From contig JAGTRD010000002.1 in assembly GCA_018396915.1 (NCBI GenBank), positions 48,706 to 112,705 of the forward strand: 64,000 nucleotides of DNA, in the 5' to 3' direction. The position numbers were made by a program, and so were the translations under genes. Every line of letters begins with the position of its first letter. Within the stretch, counting starts at the first letter, position 1. The notes beneath the pieces were generated by a model that saw nothing but the letters and a program-made list of their open reading frames with translations, ran no database searches and had not been told where the DNA came from. This document shows, one piece after another, positions 1 through 11,202 of the stretch. This DNA is from Candidatus Bathyarchaeota archaeon (lineage in GTDB: Archaea; Thermoproteota; Bathyarchaeia; 40CM-2-53-6; RBG-13-38-9).

Positions 1-387
1 GTCTCTGAGGCTTCCAGCATCTTCGGGAAGGATAGGGTAGCGGCGGCAATAGATGTCAGGAACGGTAGTCCAACCATAGAAGGATGGAAAAGCAAATTAT
101 CCCTAGAGTATGTTGAGGTCGCAAAAAAGCTTGAGAACCTAGGAGTTGGAACTATAATATTCACATCCGTAAATGCAGACGGAACATTGAGAGGCCCAGC
201 CTTAATCGATGTTAAAAGACTCGTCCGAAGTTTGAGCATTCCTGTAATAGCATCTGGAGGAATAAGAGATCTGGATGATATTCGTGAGCTTGCAAAGATA
301 GGTGTTCAGGGAGTCATAGTAGGTACTGCTCTATATGAGAAGAGATTTACTCTAGCTGAAGCCATGAGGGTTGCTAGGACATGTTAG
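1..387 (+). CDS. hisA: HisA (ProFAR isomerase), 5'-truncated at window edge
   Basis: Frame-1 translation from nt 1 gives ...[12 protein letters not shown]...[35 protein letters not shown].., typical HisA TIM-barrel C-terminal half; overlaps hisF start by 7 nt. Confidence 0.8.
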   Translation, partial: VSEASSIFGKDRVAAAIDVRNGSPTIEGWKSKLSLEYVEVAKKLENLGVGTIIFTSVNADGTLRGPALIDVKRLVRSLSIPVIASGGIRDLDDIRELAKIGVQGVIVGTALYEKRFTLAEAMRVARTC

Positions 388-1202
388 TTAAGAGAATAAT
401 ACCTTGCCTCGACGTCAAGAATGGGAAGGTTGTTAAAGGAGTACGTTTCAAAAATTTGAGGGTTGAGGGAGACCCTGCAGTTCTTGCTGAGACTTATGGT
501 ATGGAGGGTGCTGACGAAGTAGTCTTTCTAGACATTACAGCCTCCTATGAGAAGAGAAAGATCATACTTGATGTAGTCGTCAGAACTGCTGAGAGGCTCT
601 TCATACCGTTCACAGTCGGTGGTGGGATACGGACTTTGTCTGACATTAGGATGATGCTTGCTTCCGGCGCAGACAAGGTTTCAATAAACACGGGCGCGGT
701 CGAGGATCCTAACCTAATAAAAAGGTCGGCGGAGGCTTTCGGATCGCAATGTATCGCAGTAGCTATAGATGCCAAGAGGGTTTATGAACATAGAGGAGAT
801 AAAACGATCGTTGAGACGGATCGCGGACCATGCTGGTGGGAGGTTTATATAAACGGTGGAAGGACGCCTACAGGAATCGATGCTGTAAAGTGGGCTGAGA
901 GAGTTGAGAAGTTGGGTGCGGGGGAGATCCTCCTTACAAGTATGGATTACGATGGAACAAGAAAAGGTTACGATATACCCTTGACGAAAAAGATCTCAGA
1001 GAGTGTAAACATTCCGATCATTGCAAGTGGAGGCGCAGGTGAACCTGAGCATATCAGACAAGTCCTAGTTGAAGGCTCAGCAGATGCTGCCTTAGCAGCA
1101 TCTATATTTCACAGAGGAATATACCCTGTGATGAAGGTAAAAGAATACCTTGCTGAGCGCGGCGTTCACGTGCGAATGGATGACGGGAAGTTTCGACCAT
1201 GA
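381..1202 (+). CDS. hisF: Imidazole glycerol phosphate synthase cyclase subunit HisF
   Basis: 273 aa, [23 protein letters not shown]...motifs of HisF; ATGA overlap with next gene. Confidence 0.93.
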   Translation: MLVKRIIPCLDVKNGKVVKGVRFKNLRVEGDPAVLAETYGMEGADEVVFLDITASYEKRKIILDVVVRTAERLFIPFTVGGGIRTLSDIRMMLASGADKVSINTGAVEDPNLIKRSAEAFGSQCIAVAIDAKRVYEHRGDKTIVETDRGPCWWEVYINGGRTPTGIDAVKWAERVEKLGAGEILLTSMDYDGTRKGYDIPLTKKISESVNIPIIASGGAGEPEHIRQVLVEGSADAALAASIFHRGIYPVMKVKEYLAERGVHVRMDDGKFRP

Positions 1203-1867
1203 TTCTACAGTTGAGTGTAGTTGAGGCGGAGAAGATTGCAGATAGGGTAGATTTCGAAAAGGGGGGAGGGTTGGTTCCGGCAATTGTTCAAGATGCATCT
1301 AATGGAAAAGTGTTAATGCAAGCATATATGAATAGGGAGGCCCTCATCTTGACCCTCACAACGGGTAAAACTCACTTCTGGAGCAGAACTAGAAGGAGAC
1401 TGTGGTTGAAGGGAGAGGAGTCTGGCCACTATTCTTTGGTTCAAAATCTCATATTAGATTGCGACAGTGACTCAATTCTAATTCAGGTTCAACAGGTTGG
1501 TCCATGCTGCCACACTGGTAGAGATAGCTGTTTCCATAATCCAATTATAGAAATGGGGGAGGCCGGCCCAGACGCCTCTATCTTATACAGAATATATGAG
1601 ATTATTCTGGAGCGTATAAGGACAGGAGACAATAAATCCTATGTGAAAAACTTGGTGAATGAAGGGGAAGACGCCATTCTGAAAAAGATAGGTGAGGAGT
1701 CGACAGAGGTTATATTGGCGGCGAAGGGAAGATTGGGAACGATCGTATCTGAAGTCACTGATCTAATATTTCATATTATAATTCTCTTAGCCTCAAAGAA
1801 GATTGATCTAAAAGAATTATTCGAAGAATTTGACAGTAGGCATAGGGAGAAGACATCTATAAACTGA
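1199..1867 (+). CDS. hisI: Bifunctional phosphoribosyl-AMP cyclohydrolase / phosphoribosyl-ATP pyrophosphatase HisIE
   Basis: 222 aa; N-half has HisI motifs ([17 protein letters not shown]), C-half HisE-like. Confidence 0.88.
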   Translation: MILQLSVVEAEKIADRVDFEKGGGLVPAIVQDASNGKVLMQAYMNREALILTLTTGKTHFWSRTRRRLWLKGEESGHYSLVQNLILDCDSDSILIQVQQVGPCCHTGRDSCFHNPIIEMGEAGPDASILYRIYEIILERIRTGDNKSYVKNLVNEGEDAILKKIGEESTEVILAAKGRLGTIVSEVTDLIFHIIILLASKKIDLKELFEEFDSRHREKTSIN

Positions 1868-1904
1868 ACACTCCCCCTGACAATATTGATTGATAGCCAG
1901 AGAA

Positions 1905-3035
1905 TTACGTATATTCGCCCACCTTGGCTGCGATAGCGTCGGCCATTTCTAGAGTGCTGCTGCAGCCTCCCATGTCGTAAGTTCTAACCTTTCCCTCCGC
2001 GATAACGTCTGCGACCGCCTTCTCTACATTTTCAGCAAGGGATACCTCCCCAAGGTACTCAAGCATCATCTTCACAGACAATATCATCGCTATTGGATTT
2101 GCTTTATATTGACCAGCATACTTTGGAGCTGAGCCGTGGGTAGGCTCGAAAAGAGCGTAGTCATCACCAATGTTTCCGCTTGGGGAGAAGCCGAGACCTC
2201 CGACAAGTTGGGCGCATAAGTCAGATATTATGTCTCCGAAAAGGTTTTCAGCTACCAAGATCGAGTAGTCCAGAGGATTCTTCATCAACCACATACACAT
2301 AGCATCTATATTCCTCTCAAGAAGCTTTATTTCAGGATAATTCTCCGATATTCTTCTAGCCTCCCTCAACATGAGACCTCCCGTCTCCCTGAGTATATTT
2401 GGTTTGTCTATGACAGTGACTGATCTGTATCCTCTCTTCCTAGCGTACTCGAAAGCCTGGGTCAATATTTTGTCGCAAGCATTCTTCGTAACTATTCTCA
2501 TGGAGAGGGCGATTTCATCTTGGGGGATATGTTCGAATCTCCTCATTTTGGGATGGTTTCTTACCAGCCATTCTTTCAACTCTGAAGGCAGAGGATAGAA
2601 CTCTACACCAGAGTACAATCCTTCAGTATTCTCTCTGAAGACGACTAAGTCTATGCCATCCATGTAATTTAGGGGGTTGCCCTTGTAGCTCTTGCAGGGC
2701 CTTATATTAGTGTGTAGGTTGAATTCCTGCCTTATCCTGACTATTGGACTATAATACTTGTACCCTTTACCTTTGAGTTCAGGGGTAAGTTCCTGCTCAG
2801 CATCTTCCGGAGGCTTCGATGTAACTGCGCCGAGGAGGCATACATCTGTATCTCTTAGAAGTTTAAGGGTCCTATCGGGTAGGGGGTCACCCTCCTTTCT
2901 CCAAAACTCCCATCCAATGTCTCCATAAAAGTATTGGGCGTCGAGCTTCGTTGCTTTAAGAACTATCTTTGCCGCTTCCATAACGTCTCGGCCAATTCCG
3001 TCTCCTGGAAGAATCGCTATCCTATATTTTACCAC
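1905..3035 (-). CDS. Isocitrate/isopropylmalate dehydrogenase family protein (second paralog; candidate homoisocitrate or 3-isopropylmalate dehydrogenase)
   Basis: 376 aa, N-term IAILPGDGIGRDV, C-term SAPKYAG..ANPIAMILS motifs of beta-decarboxylating dehydrogenases; downstream of leuA. Confidence 0.8.
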   Translation of the reverse strand: MVKYRIAILPGDGIGRDVMEAAKIVLKATKLDAQYFYGDIGWEFWRKEGDPLPDRTLKLLRDTDVCLLGAVTSKPPEDAEQELTPELKGKGYKYYSPIVRIRQEFNLHTNIRPCKSYKGNPLNYMDGIDLVVFRENTEGLYSGVEFYPLPSELKEWLVRNHPKMRRFEHIPQDEIALSMRIVTKNACDKILTQAFEYARKRGYRSVTVIDKPNILRETGGLMLREARRISENYPEIKLLERNIDAMCMWLMKNPLDYSILVAENLFGDIISDLCAQLVGGLGFSPSGNIGDDYALFEPTHGSAPKYAGQYKANPIAMILSVKMMLEYLGEVSLAENVEKAVADVIAEGKVRTYDMGGCSSTLEMADAIAAKVGEYT

Positions 3036-3081
3036 ACCTTATACCACTCATCATATGTGAATGGTCCTTTTTGATTTTCCT

Positions 3082-4596
3082 TCAGGAACTTCTTATTCGT
3101 CTCTTCAGTATCATCTTGTTGATCCCCTCAATCATAGCTTCAACGCTTGCAGCTACTACATCTTCTCCAGCAGATCTTGCAGAGACCACATTACCCTCCT
3201 TATCTTCAACCTTTATCAATACTTCAGCTAGAGCGTCTGAGCCACCTGTAGTTGCCTCTAGTCTGTACTCTTTTAATCTTACATCTATTAAGGGACTCAC
3301 TATTTTGTGTATGGCCCTTATTGCAGCGTCGACTGGTCCAACTCCGGTCTCCGACGTCACATATTCTTTACCGTCAACAATTATCTTGACGGAAGATGTT
3401 GGAACAACCTCTGTCCCGGTGACGACTGTGAAATTCTTTAAGTCGACTACCCTCTTTTCTTCAGAAACCCCTCCGATCACTGCCTTGGCAATTGCGAAGA
3501 GATCTGCGTCGGTCACCATCTTTCCCTTGTCACCTATTTCCTTAACCCTCTGCATTATCTCCCTCATCTGTTCCTGGGTTGGATGTAAACCATCCTCCTC
3601 AAGCTTAGCAGCTATGCCGTGCCCACCTGCATGCTTACCTGCTTGAAACCACCTCTTCCTTCCAACAAGCTCTGGATCGATCGGCTCATAGGTTAATGGA
3701 CTCTTCAGGACTCCATGGGTATGTATTCCCGACTCGTGACCGAAGGCATTTTCACCAACTATAGCCTTGTTGGGTTGGACAGGGACCCCTGTCAACCTAG
3801 ATACGAGTCTTGAAGTCTCATATATTAGGCGTGTGTTTATGTTGGTCTTCTTACCTTGCAATAAGTGTAGAGCCATCACAAACTCTTCGAGGGATGCGTT
3901 TCCAGCCCTTTCTCCTAGACCATTTACTGTAACATGTGCCTGTGATGCTCCTGCTCTTACACCAGCTAGGGAATTTGCTACAGCTAGGCCGAAGTCATTG
4001 TGACAGTGTACACTGATAGGAATCTTCACGGTTTTCACAGCATCTGTTATGATTTCAAACATTCTCTCAGGTGTTGCTGCTCCAACCGTATCTGGGATAT
4101 TTATTCTGTCGGCTCCTGCCTCCTCAACAGCCCCAAGTACTTTCCTTAGAAAGCTTGGGTCAGTTCTAGTTGCGTCTTCAGGTGAAAACTCCACGACTAC
4201 GCCGTGTTTCTTCGTATATTCTATCCACTTCACAGCGTTTTCAAGAACTTGTTCTCTGTTCATCTGTAGTTTATATTTCATGTGGATTTCTGAGGTTGCG
4301 ATGAAGAGGTGTATGCATGGAACCTCACATTTTAGGGCGGCGTCTATGTCTTGTTGATTTGTCCTTGCTAAGGCGCAGACCTCACATTTTAGACCTTGCT
4401 TATTAATGAGTTTTGTTGCTTCAAACTCGCCCTTCGATACTATTGGGAAGCCGGCTTCAACAGTGTCCACACCCAGTTCGTCAAGTTTTATAGCTATCTC
4501 AAGCTTCTCTTCTGGCGTTAGGGAGACACCTGGAGTTTGTTCTCCATCTCTCAATGTTGTGTCGAATATTCTGACCCTTCCATTCTTGTTATTCAT
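3082..4596 (-). CDS. leuA: 2-isopropylmalate synthase (LeuA/CimA family, with C-terminal regulatory domain)
   Basis: 504 aa, RIFDTTLRDGEQTPGV..HCHNDFGLAVANSLAG; 4-nt overlap with leuB. Confidence 0.85.
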   Translation of the reverse strand: MNNKNGRVRIFDTTLRDGEQTPGVSLTPEEKLEIAIKLDELGVDTVEAGFPIVSKGEFEATKLINKQGLKCEVCALARTNQQDIDAALKCEVPCIHLFIATSEIHMKYKLQMNREQVLENAVKWIEYTKKHGVVVEFSPEDATRTDPSFLRKVLGAVEEAGADRINIPDTVGAATPERMFEIITDAVKTVKIPISVHCHNDFGLAVANSLAGVRAGASQAHVTVNGLGERAGNASLEEFVMALHLLQGKKTNINTRLIYETSRLVSRLTGVPVQPNKAIVGENAFGHESGIHTHGVLKSPLTYEPIDPELVGRKRWFQAGKHAGGHGIAAKLEEDGLHPTQEQMREIMQRVKEIGDKGKMVTDADLFAIAKAVIGGVSEEKRVVDLKNFTVVTGTEVVPTSSVKIIVDGKEYVTSETGVGPVDAAIRAIHKIVSPLIDVRLKEYRLEATTGGSDALAEVLIKVEDKEGNVVSARSAGEDVVAASVEAMIEGINKMILKRRIRSS

Positions 4597-5627
4597 TGTA
4601 CTCCCTCAATTATTGTTTGGGCTATCGCTCTCCCAACCTCTAATGTTTTGCTTCGTCCACCCAGGTCAGGTGTTGTAATGCCTGACTTTAGGGCTTTGAT
4701 GAAACCGTACTCAATTTTTTCAGCAGCCTCAAAGTATTTGTTTAAACCCATCTTTTCACCGAAATATTCGAGCATCATCTTTGAGGAAAGTATCATCGAG
4801 CATGGATTCGCTATCTGTTTTCCAGCTATGTCTGGAGCTGAGCCGTGTACAGGTTCGAAGAGGGCGAAATCTCTTCCTATATTAGCTGAGGGGGCTACAC
4901 CTAGACCCCCTACCAGCTGGGCTGCTTCATCTGAGAGTATGTCGCCGAACATGTTTGTTGTAACCAGGACGTCGAATTCATGGGGTTTTCGGATCAGATT
5001 CATGGCGGCTGCATCTACATATAGTTCATTGACGTCGATATCAGGATATCTTCTGGACACATTGAAGCATACTTCTCTGAAAAGACCATCTGTGACCCTC
5101 ATAACATTCGCCTTATGGACTATTGTGACTCTCCTCTTTCGATTTCTAACTCTTGCAAGTTTGAATGCATAATCGGCGATGTCTCTTGAGCCGCTGGCTG
5201 TTATTACCCTTATAGCTATTGCTGATTCGTCCAGTGTAAACTCAATACCTTTGTATAGGTCTTCAGTATTTTCACGTACTATAACTAGGTCTATGTCTGG
5301 TCTTAAGCATTCTATTCCAGGATAGGATTTTGCAGGTCTTATGTTGGCGTAGAGTTTAAACATGAGTCTCAGTCTGACTACTACGTCCCTTGCCATCTCT
5401 CCTACAGGTCCTTTGAGGATCGCATCTGTATTCTTGATGGCTTCGATAGTGTCTTTAGGGAGAGCTTCTCCCGTCTTCCTGTAACATTCATCTCCAGCTT
5501 CAACCTTGACGAAGTCTATGTCGAAGCCAAACCTCTGCTGAACAGCTTCTAGAACAGCTATTGTTGCCTCAGTCTGTTCTGGCCCTATGCCATCGCCTGG
5601 AATCAAAGCTATTCTAAGTCTTTTCAT
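4593..5627 (-). CDS. leuB: 3-isopropylmalate dehydrogenase
   Basis: 344 aa, IALIPGDGIGPE..; in leuC-leuD-leuB-leuA operon. Confidence 0.85.
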   Translation of the reverse strand: MKRLRIALIPGDGIGPEQTEATIAVLEAVQQRFGFDIDFVKVEAGDECYRKTGEALPKDTIEAIKNTDAILKGPVGEMARDVVVRLRLMFKLYANIRPAKSYPGIECLRPDIDLVIVRENTEDLYKGIEFTLDESAIAIRVITASGSRDIADYAFKLARVRNRKRRVTIVHKANVMRVTDGLFREVCFNVSRRYPDIDVNELYVDAAAMNLIRKPHEFDVLVTTNMFGDILSDEAAQLVGGLGVAPSANIGRDFALFEPVHGSAPDIAGKQIANPCSMILSSKMMLEYFGEKMGLNKYFEAAEKIEYGFIKALKSGITTPDLGGRSKTLEVGRAIAQTIIEGVQ

Positions 5628-6121
5628 GACCTCTCCACTAGAGCCCTCACGTGAGGTATCAGTCCACCTTCCTCAATCAGTTTCAAGATGAATTGAGGTA
5701 TTGGAGTAGCTCTCATTACTGTTCCTGTCGTCTTATTCTCAACCATCCCGTTTGCTAAGTCTACTGAGAGGGTGTCTCCTTCAGAGGTTGTTCGCGATAT
5801 TCCTTCACATTCGAGTACTGGTAGGCCTATGTTTATTGCATTTCGGAAGAATATTCTCGCAAATGATTCTGCTATGATACACTTAACTCCTGCGCTCTTT
5901 AAGGCTATTGGTGCCTGCTCTCTACTTGAGCCGCATCCAAAATTTTTTCCTGCGACTAGGATTACGCCTTCCTTTGCCTTCTGTGGAAATGTTGGGTCTA
6001 AACCTTCGAGGGCGTGTCTTCCAAGCTCCTCAGGATCTATTGATTCAAGATATCTTCCTGGGATTATCACGTCTGTATTTATGTTGTCTCCGAGCTTCAA
6101 TGTTTTGGCGGTTATTGTCAA
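5624..6121 (-). CDS. leuD: 3-isopropylmalate dehydratase small subunit
   Basis: 165 aa LeuD/aconitase swivel domain. Confidence 0.9.
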   Translation of the reverse strand: MTITAKTLKLGDNINTDVIIPGRYLESIDPEELGRHALEGLDPTFPQKAKEGVILVAGKNFGCGSSREQAPIALKSAGVKCIIAESFARIFFRNAINIGLPVLECEGISRTTSEGDTLSVDLANGMVENKTTGTVMRATPIPQFILKLIEEGGLIPHVRALVERS

Positions 6122-6122
6122 G

Positions 6123-7385
6123 TCATCTCCTCCTCAACTCATTTGGATCTGTTATGTGGCCGGTTACTCCAGAGGCAGCTGCGGTTGCTGGGTTGGCTAG
6201 GTAGACTTTTGATTGTGGGCTTCCCATTCTACCGACGAAGTTTCTGTTTGAGGTACTTATGCAAACTTCCCCTGGAGCCAGTAGTCCCATGTGCCCTCCA
6301 AGGCATGGACCGCAGGTTGCGTTTGTGACTACCGCCCCAGCTTCTGTAAATATTCTTAGCAGCCCCTCTCTGAGGCATTCCTTATATATTTCCTGGGATG
6401 CTGGGCTGATTATCATTCTTACACCTTCACTTATTCTTCTACCTTTCAGGATTGAAGCGGCTAGCCGGAGATCCTCTATTCTGCCGTTCGTACATGAACC
6501 TATAAACACTTGGTCTATAATCACATTTTGTAGCTCAGAGGCTGGCCTAACATTGTCAACGGTTGGTGGGCATGCCACGAGAGGCTGGAGACTCGACACA
6601 TCGTACTCCAATACGTCTTCATATCTTGCCCCTTCATCGCTTAAGACCGGTTTGAATGTTCCTCTTGTTCTTGCTCTGACGTAGGCTATTGTCTTGTTGT
6701 CTGGTGGGACGATGCCTGCCTTTGCCCCTGCTTCAACAACCATGTTGCATACTGTCAGTCTACCGTCGATACTCATTTCTTTAAATGTTTGTCCCGTAAA
6801 CTCTAATCCTTTATAGATCGCTCCTCCTTCTCCTAGGTCTCCTATTATTTTGAGTATGAGGTCTTTTGGAGTTGTGTACTTTCTAAGTTTCCCTCTTACA
6901 CATATCTTTATGGCTTTGGGAACCTTGAACCACATCTTTCCCGTAGTGAAGACTGCGGCCATTTCAGTTGAACCTATTCCGGTGGCGAAGGCACCGAGTG
7001 CTCCGTAGGTGCATGTATGTGAGTCTGCACCGACTATTAGTTCTCCCGGCCTTGCGTAGCCTCTCTCATGGAATACTTGGTGGCATACTCCTCCTTGTCC
7101 GATATCGTATAGGCTTCTGATTCCTTGCTCCCTTGCAAATTCTCTGAGGTTCTTCTGGTGGGTCGCCGCCCTTATTGTGCTTGCTGGAATCAGGTGGTCG
7201 AAGATTATGACTATTCTCTTTGGATCCCATACTTTTGAGGCGCCTATTTTTTTGAAGGAATCCAATGTTAAGGGTCCTGTCAGGTCATGAATCATAGCCA
7301 TATCTATGTTGGCTTCGACTATCTCTCCCGGGGTGACTTCTTTCTTCCCCGAGGCTCTGGCCAGTATTTTCTCGAAGATATTCAT
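6123..7385 (-). CDS. leuC: 3-isopropylmalate dehydratase large subunit
   Basis: 420 aa aconitase family, Fe-S Cys motifs (GSCTNGR, CGPCLG). Confidence 0.9.
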   Translation of the reverse strand: MNIFEKILARASGKKEVTPGEIVEANIDMAMIHDLTGPLTLDSFKKIGASKVWDPKRIVIIFDHLIPASTIRAATHQKNLREFAREQGIRSLYDIGQGGVCHQVFHERGYARPGELIVGADSHTCTYGALGAFATGIGSTEMAAVFTTGKMWFKVPKAIKICVRGKLRKYTTPKDLILKIIGDLGEGGAIYKGLEFTGQTFKEMSIDGRLTVCNMVVEAGAKAGIVPPDNKTIAYVRARTRGTFKPVLSDEGARYEDVLEYDVSSLQPLVACPPTVDNVRPASELQNVIIDQVFIGSCTNGRIEDLRLAASILKGRRISEGVRMIISPASQEIYKECLREGLLRIFTEAGAVVTNATCGPCLGGHMGLLAPGEVCISTSNRNFVGRMGSPQSKVYLANPATAAASGVTGHITDPNELRRR

Positions 7386-7493
7386 GTTCAGCCATCTTCA
7401 GTTGTTTTTCGTACCGTAATTATGGATAACATGTATAAAAACATTTGGAAATAAAATATTTCGTAATTCTAGTACGTTATACGCCATTTGCAG

Positions 7494-8516
7494 TCAGTAA
7501 CCCGTTGCGCCCTTCTCTATTCCAGCCATCTGTCTAATAATCTTACCAACCTTCTCGATGGGGTGGGCTTCAAGCTCCTGCATCAGACTATTCAGCTTCT
7601 CCATACTCTTCTTCGGGTCACCGCTCCACTCCTTGGCAAATTCGCCGCTCTGAACAAACTTCACAACCTTACGCATATTATCCTTGACATGCTCATCGAT
7701 CACCTTGGGGCCTACCGTGAGGCTACCGTACTGGGCTGTGTGCGATATCATCTTCATCATTCTGGTCAATCCACCCTCATACATTAGGTCCACCATAAGT
7801 TTCAGCTCGTTTGCAACTTCGAAGTATGCAAGTTCCGGTTGATAGCCCGCCTCAACCAAAACTTCGAATCCTTTCTTGACTAGCTCCATGGAACCTCCAC
7901 CCAAGACTATCTGTTCGCCGATTATATCGGTTTCAGCTTCCTCCTTGAATGTTGTCTCGATGACTCCTGCCTTTGTGGATCCTAGGGCCTTGGCCATCGC
8001 CAACACAGTCTCCTTTGCCTTCCCTGAAACATTCTGGTAGACGGCTATCAATGAGGGTACACCAAAACCTTCCTTGTAGATCTCTCTGAGCCGAGATCCT
8101 GGGCTCTTTGGGGCAACCATGACTACGTCGACATTCTTTGGTGGGATTATTTGTTTGAAATGTATGTTGTAGGCATGTGAGCAGCTCAGTGTCTTTCCTT
8201 CCTTGAGGTTTGGCTCTATCTGTTGCTTGTATACGGTTGGCTGTTCGAGATCTGGAAAGAGCATATGTATTATGTCGCCCTTCTTTGAAGCTTCATCCAC
8301 CGTCATAGGTGTGAAGCCTTCCTGTTCGGCGAGCTTCCAAGATTTGCCGCCTGGCCTCAAACCGACAATTACGTTCACACCCGAATCTCTGAAGGTTAAG
8401 GCTTGGGCTCGGCCCTGATTTCCATACCCTAATACAGCAATTGTCTTGCCCTCAAGATACTTCATATCTGCATCCTGGTCATGATATATCTTCGCCATCT
8501 CAAACACCTCATACAT
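7494..8516 (-). CDS. ilvC: Ketol-acid reductoisomerase
   Basis: 340 aa, [17 protein letters not shown] Rossmann motif. Confidence 0.95.
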   Translation of the reverse strand: MYEVFEMAKIYHDQDADMKYLEGKTIAVLGYGNQGRAQALTFRDSGVNVIVGLRPGGKSWKLAEQEGFTPMTVDEASKKGDIIHMLFPDLEQPTVYKQQIEPNLKEGKTLSCSHAYNIHFKQIIPPKNVDVVMVAPKSPGSRLREIYKEGFGVPSLIAVYQNVSGKAKETVLAMAKALGSTKAGVIETTFKEEAETDIIGEQIVLGGGSMELVKKGFEVLVEAGYQPELAYFEVANELKLMVDLMYEGGLTRMMKMISHTAQYGSLTVGPKVIDEHVKDNMRKVVKFVQSGEFAKEWSGDPKKSMEKLNSLMQELEAHPIEKVGKIIRQMAGIEKGATGY

Positions 8517-9015
8517 CTATTCTTACAGATTCTGGCCCCCTAATAAGTGCAGTCTCTCCTGTCCTTGCAACCTCCATCAAACCGAAATCTCTAGTCAAAT
8601 TTATGAAGGCATCTATCTTGTCTTTTGATCCAACTATCTCAACGATCGCTGATGTCGGAGAAACATCTACAATTCTACCTCTGAAAACTTCAACATAGTG
8701 AAATATGTCTGATCTTATCTTTGGATCAGACGCGTTCAATTTGATCAGCGCTAACTCCCTAATCACTGCTTTCTGTGGATCTAGTCTCGCAGCCTTTAGA
8801 ACGTCTATCAGTTTTTCAAGTTGGCTTACAAGTTGCTCTGCATCTTTCTCCTCACCCTTAATGGTTATGGTCATCCTCGCCAGATCCTCTTGTTCAGCTG
8901 TTCCTATTGCAACACTCTCTATATTGAATCCTCTTCTCCAAAACATGTTAGAGACCTTGTATAGGACGCCGGGTTTATGTTCGACTAGAGCTGATATAAT
9001 AAATGTTTTAGGCAT
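8509..9015 (-). CDS. ilvN: Acetolactate synthase small (regulatory, ACT) subunit
   Basis: 168 aa, [23 protein letters not shown]. Confidence 0.9.
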   Translation of the reverse strand: MPKTFIISALVEHKPGVLYKVSNMFWRRGFNIESVAIGTAEQEDLARMTITIKGEEKDAEQLVSQLEKLIDVLKAARLDPQKAVIRELALIKLNASDPKIRSDIFHYVEVFRGRIVDVSPTSAIVEIVGSKDKIDAFINLTRDFGLMEVARTGETALIRGPESVRIDV

Positions 9016-9021
9016 TTTGAC

Positions 9022-10698
9022 TCACCCTATAACATCTTTTAAGCTATATCCTGCTGGGACCATAGGTAGGACGTTCTCCTCAGGATCTATTGGCACATCT
9101 ATGACTGTCGTGACCTCGCTTTTCAATGATTCTTTAACTGCTCTGGAGAACTCCTCGACTGAGCCGATACGTAGACCCTCGGCTCCGTATGCTTCAGCCA
9201 GCTTTTGGAAGTCTGGAACATCCCCTAAACTGACTGCTGAATATCTCCTATTGTAGAATAGCCTCTGCCATTGGGCGACCATTCCAAGCATTCTATTGTT
9301 CAATATAATGACTGTGACCGGAATATTTTCAGTTACTGATGTGGCTAGGGAGTTCTCTGTCATCATGAAGCTCCCGTCGCCGGCTACATCTACGACTGGA
9401 ACATTGGGGATAGCTGTCTTTGCACCTATGGATGCTGGGAAACCGTATCCCATGCATCCGAAGCCTCCTGAGGTGATGAAGGTTCTAGGTTTCAGAACCT
9501 TGAAGTATAGGGATGCCCACATCTGATTTTGACCTACCTCGGTCGTCACTATGGCTTCTGGAGGTAAGACTCTTCTAAGCTCCTTTAGTATTTTTGGAGG
9601 TGTTAGGTCTCTGCCGGAATTTTCAGTCTTGACATTATTGGTCTCCTTCATTTCCTTAAGTTTTCTTGACCAGGCTGTATCCTTCTTTTCAGTTAAGGTC
9701 TTTGTCAAGGCTCTGTATAGCGCCTCTAAAGCCATCTTTGCATCGCTGATTATCGCTAGGTCTACACACCTGTTCTTTCCAATCTCCGCTGGATCTATAT
9801 CTATATGTATCACCTTGGAGGCTGGGCAGAACTCATCTAGCTTGCCTGTGGTTCGGTCGCTGAATCTACATCCAACTGCAAGTAGTGTGTCAGCTTCATA
9901 TATAAGGCGGTTCGCCTCCTTTGATCCGTGCATACCGATTATTCCTATTGATAGAGGGTGGTCTTCTGGAATTGAGCCTTTACCCATTAGGGAAGTTGCG
10001 ACTGGGGCTAGTATGGTCTCTGCGACTTTCTGCAGTTCCTCTGAGGCATCCGACAGTATAACTCCTCCACCTGCCAGGATGAGGGGCCTCTCCGAGTTTG
10101 CCAGTATCTCTGCGGCCAATCCTATCTTTTCAGGGTCAGGCTTGTAATCTGTTCTGTAACCTCTAACCTCAACCTTCATGGGGAATTCGACTTCAGCCGA
10201 GTCCATCTGGATGTCTTTTGGAAGGTCTATCAAGACTGGACCTGGTCTACCTGTCGATGCGATGTGGAAAGCCTTCTTCACTGTGACTGGTATATCTTCA
10301 ACTCTGCGTGGTTGGAAACTGTATTTGGTCACTGGACTTGCTATTCCGATCATATCTGCCTCCTGAAAAGCGTCTAGACCTATTTGCGATGTTGATACTT
10401 GACCTGTTATGGCGACTATGGGCGATGAGTCCAGGTGTGCTGTTGCTATTCCAGTTATGAGGTTTGTGGCCCCTGGACCAGAAGTTGCCATGCACACCCC
10501 GGTCTTTCTTGAAGCCCTGGCATAACCATCGGCCATATGCGCAGCTGATTGTTCATGTCTTACCAGAATATGCCGAACTTTTGAGTCCAGAAGAACGTCA
10601 TATACTGGCATTATGGCTCCTCCAGGCAATCCGAATATTACTTCTACTCTTTCTTTCTCCAAAGATTCTACGAGGGCCTTTGCACCGGACATTCTCAT
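9022..10698 (-). CDS. ilvB: Acetolactate synthase large subunit (TPP enzyme)
   Basis: 558 aa TPP/FAD family; upstream of ilvN-ilvC. Confidence 0.9.
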   Translation of the reverse strand: MRMSGAKALVESLEKERVEVIFGLPGGAIMPVYDVLLDSKVRHILVRHEQSAAHMADGYARASRKTGVCMATSGPGATNLITGIATAHLDSSPIVAITGQVSTSQIGLDAFQEADMIGIASPVTKYSFQPRRVEDIPVTVKKAFHIASTGRPGPVLIDLPKDIQMDSAEVEFPMKVEVRGYRTDYKPDPEKIGLAAEILANSERPLILAGGGVILSDASEELQKVAETILAPVATSLMGKGSIPEDHPLSIGIIGMHGSKEANRLIYEADTLLAVGCRFSDRTTGKLDEFCPASKVIHIDIDPAEIGKNRCVDLAIISDAKMALEALYRALTKTLTEKKDTAWSRKLKEMKETNNVKTENSGRDLTPPKILKELRRVLPPEAIVTTEVGQNQMWASLYFKVLKPRTFITSGGFGCMGYGFPASIGAKTAIPNVPVVDVAGDGSFMMTENSLATSVTENIPVTVIILNNRMLGMVAQWQRLFYNRRYSAVSLGDVPDFQKLAEAYGAEGLRIGSVEEFSRAVKESLKSEVTTVIDVPIDPEENVLPMVPAGYSLKDVIG

Positions 10699-10782
10699 CC
10701 TTCATCATCTACACTGTTTTTATAAGAAGCCCGTAAGGCAACAATGTTGGATTGTTACCTAGGGCTAAATTAGAATTACAAT

Positions 10783-10855
10783 GACGATGAGTGGGATTAC
10801 AATTTGAAGGTTCACTAAAAGACTGCGCGTCCGCATCTTCATTTCACTCATCGTC
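10783..10855. repeat. Long imperfect hairpin (11-bp stem GACGATGAGTG / CACTCATCGTC, about 51-nt loop with inner TGAAG/CTTCA pairing) inside a 504-bp intergenic region
   Basis: Perfect inverted repeat read directly from the sequence; lies upstream of ilvB on the minus strand. Confidence 0.6.
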
Positions 10856-11202
10856 AAAGTTTCGTTTATGGTCTAACATTGTAACCTATAAGGTTATCGG
10901 TAGATGATTATTTGGATCATGACCTAAATGACTCAAATCTTAAGTTTAGAGTGAATCGCGCCGATGAGCCGCCGGGTCCATGGATATTTTAGGAGATTCC
11001 ACTCCACCCATCTAATGGCGGGGTCTACCCTCCATGTGGGAGTGAGTGCCCGACTCACATGTGTACTTCAGCTGAGAATATGAGGCTAAAATGCTCTTCA
11101 AAACCATTATGGGTTTAATATTACCGAGTACTTGATGAAGATGGTTTAAACCATGCTGAATGGGTTAAAAGATCACTTTCATACATGCATTCTCATATTC
11201 AT

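Noticed and set aside
3071-3646. Long plus-strand ORFs antisense to leuA, and similar Ser/Thr/Pro-rich antisense ORFs throughout the window (for example 6259..6684, 9551..10147, 23412..23981, 46456..47106)
   Set aside because: They lie entirely within well-supported conserved genes on the opposite strand. They have low-complexity composition and no recognisable family. They are typical shadow ORFs.
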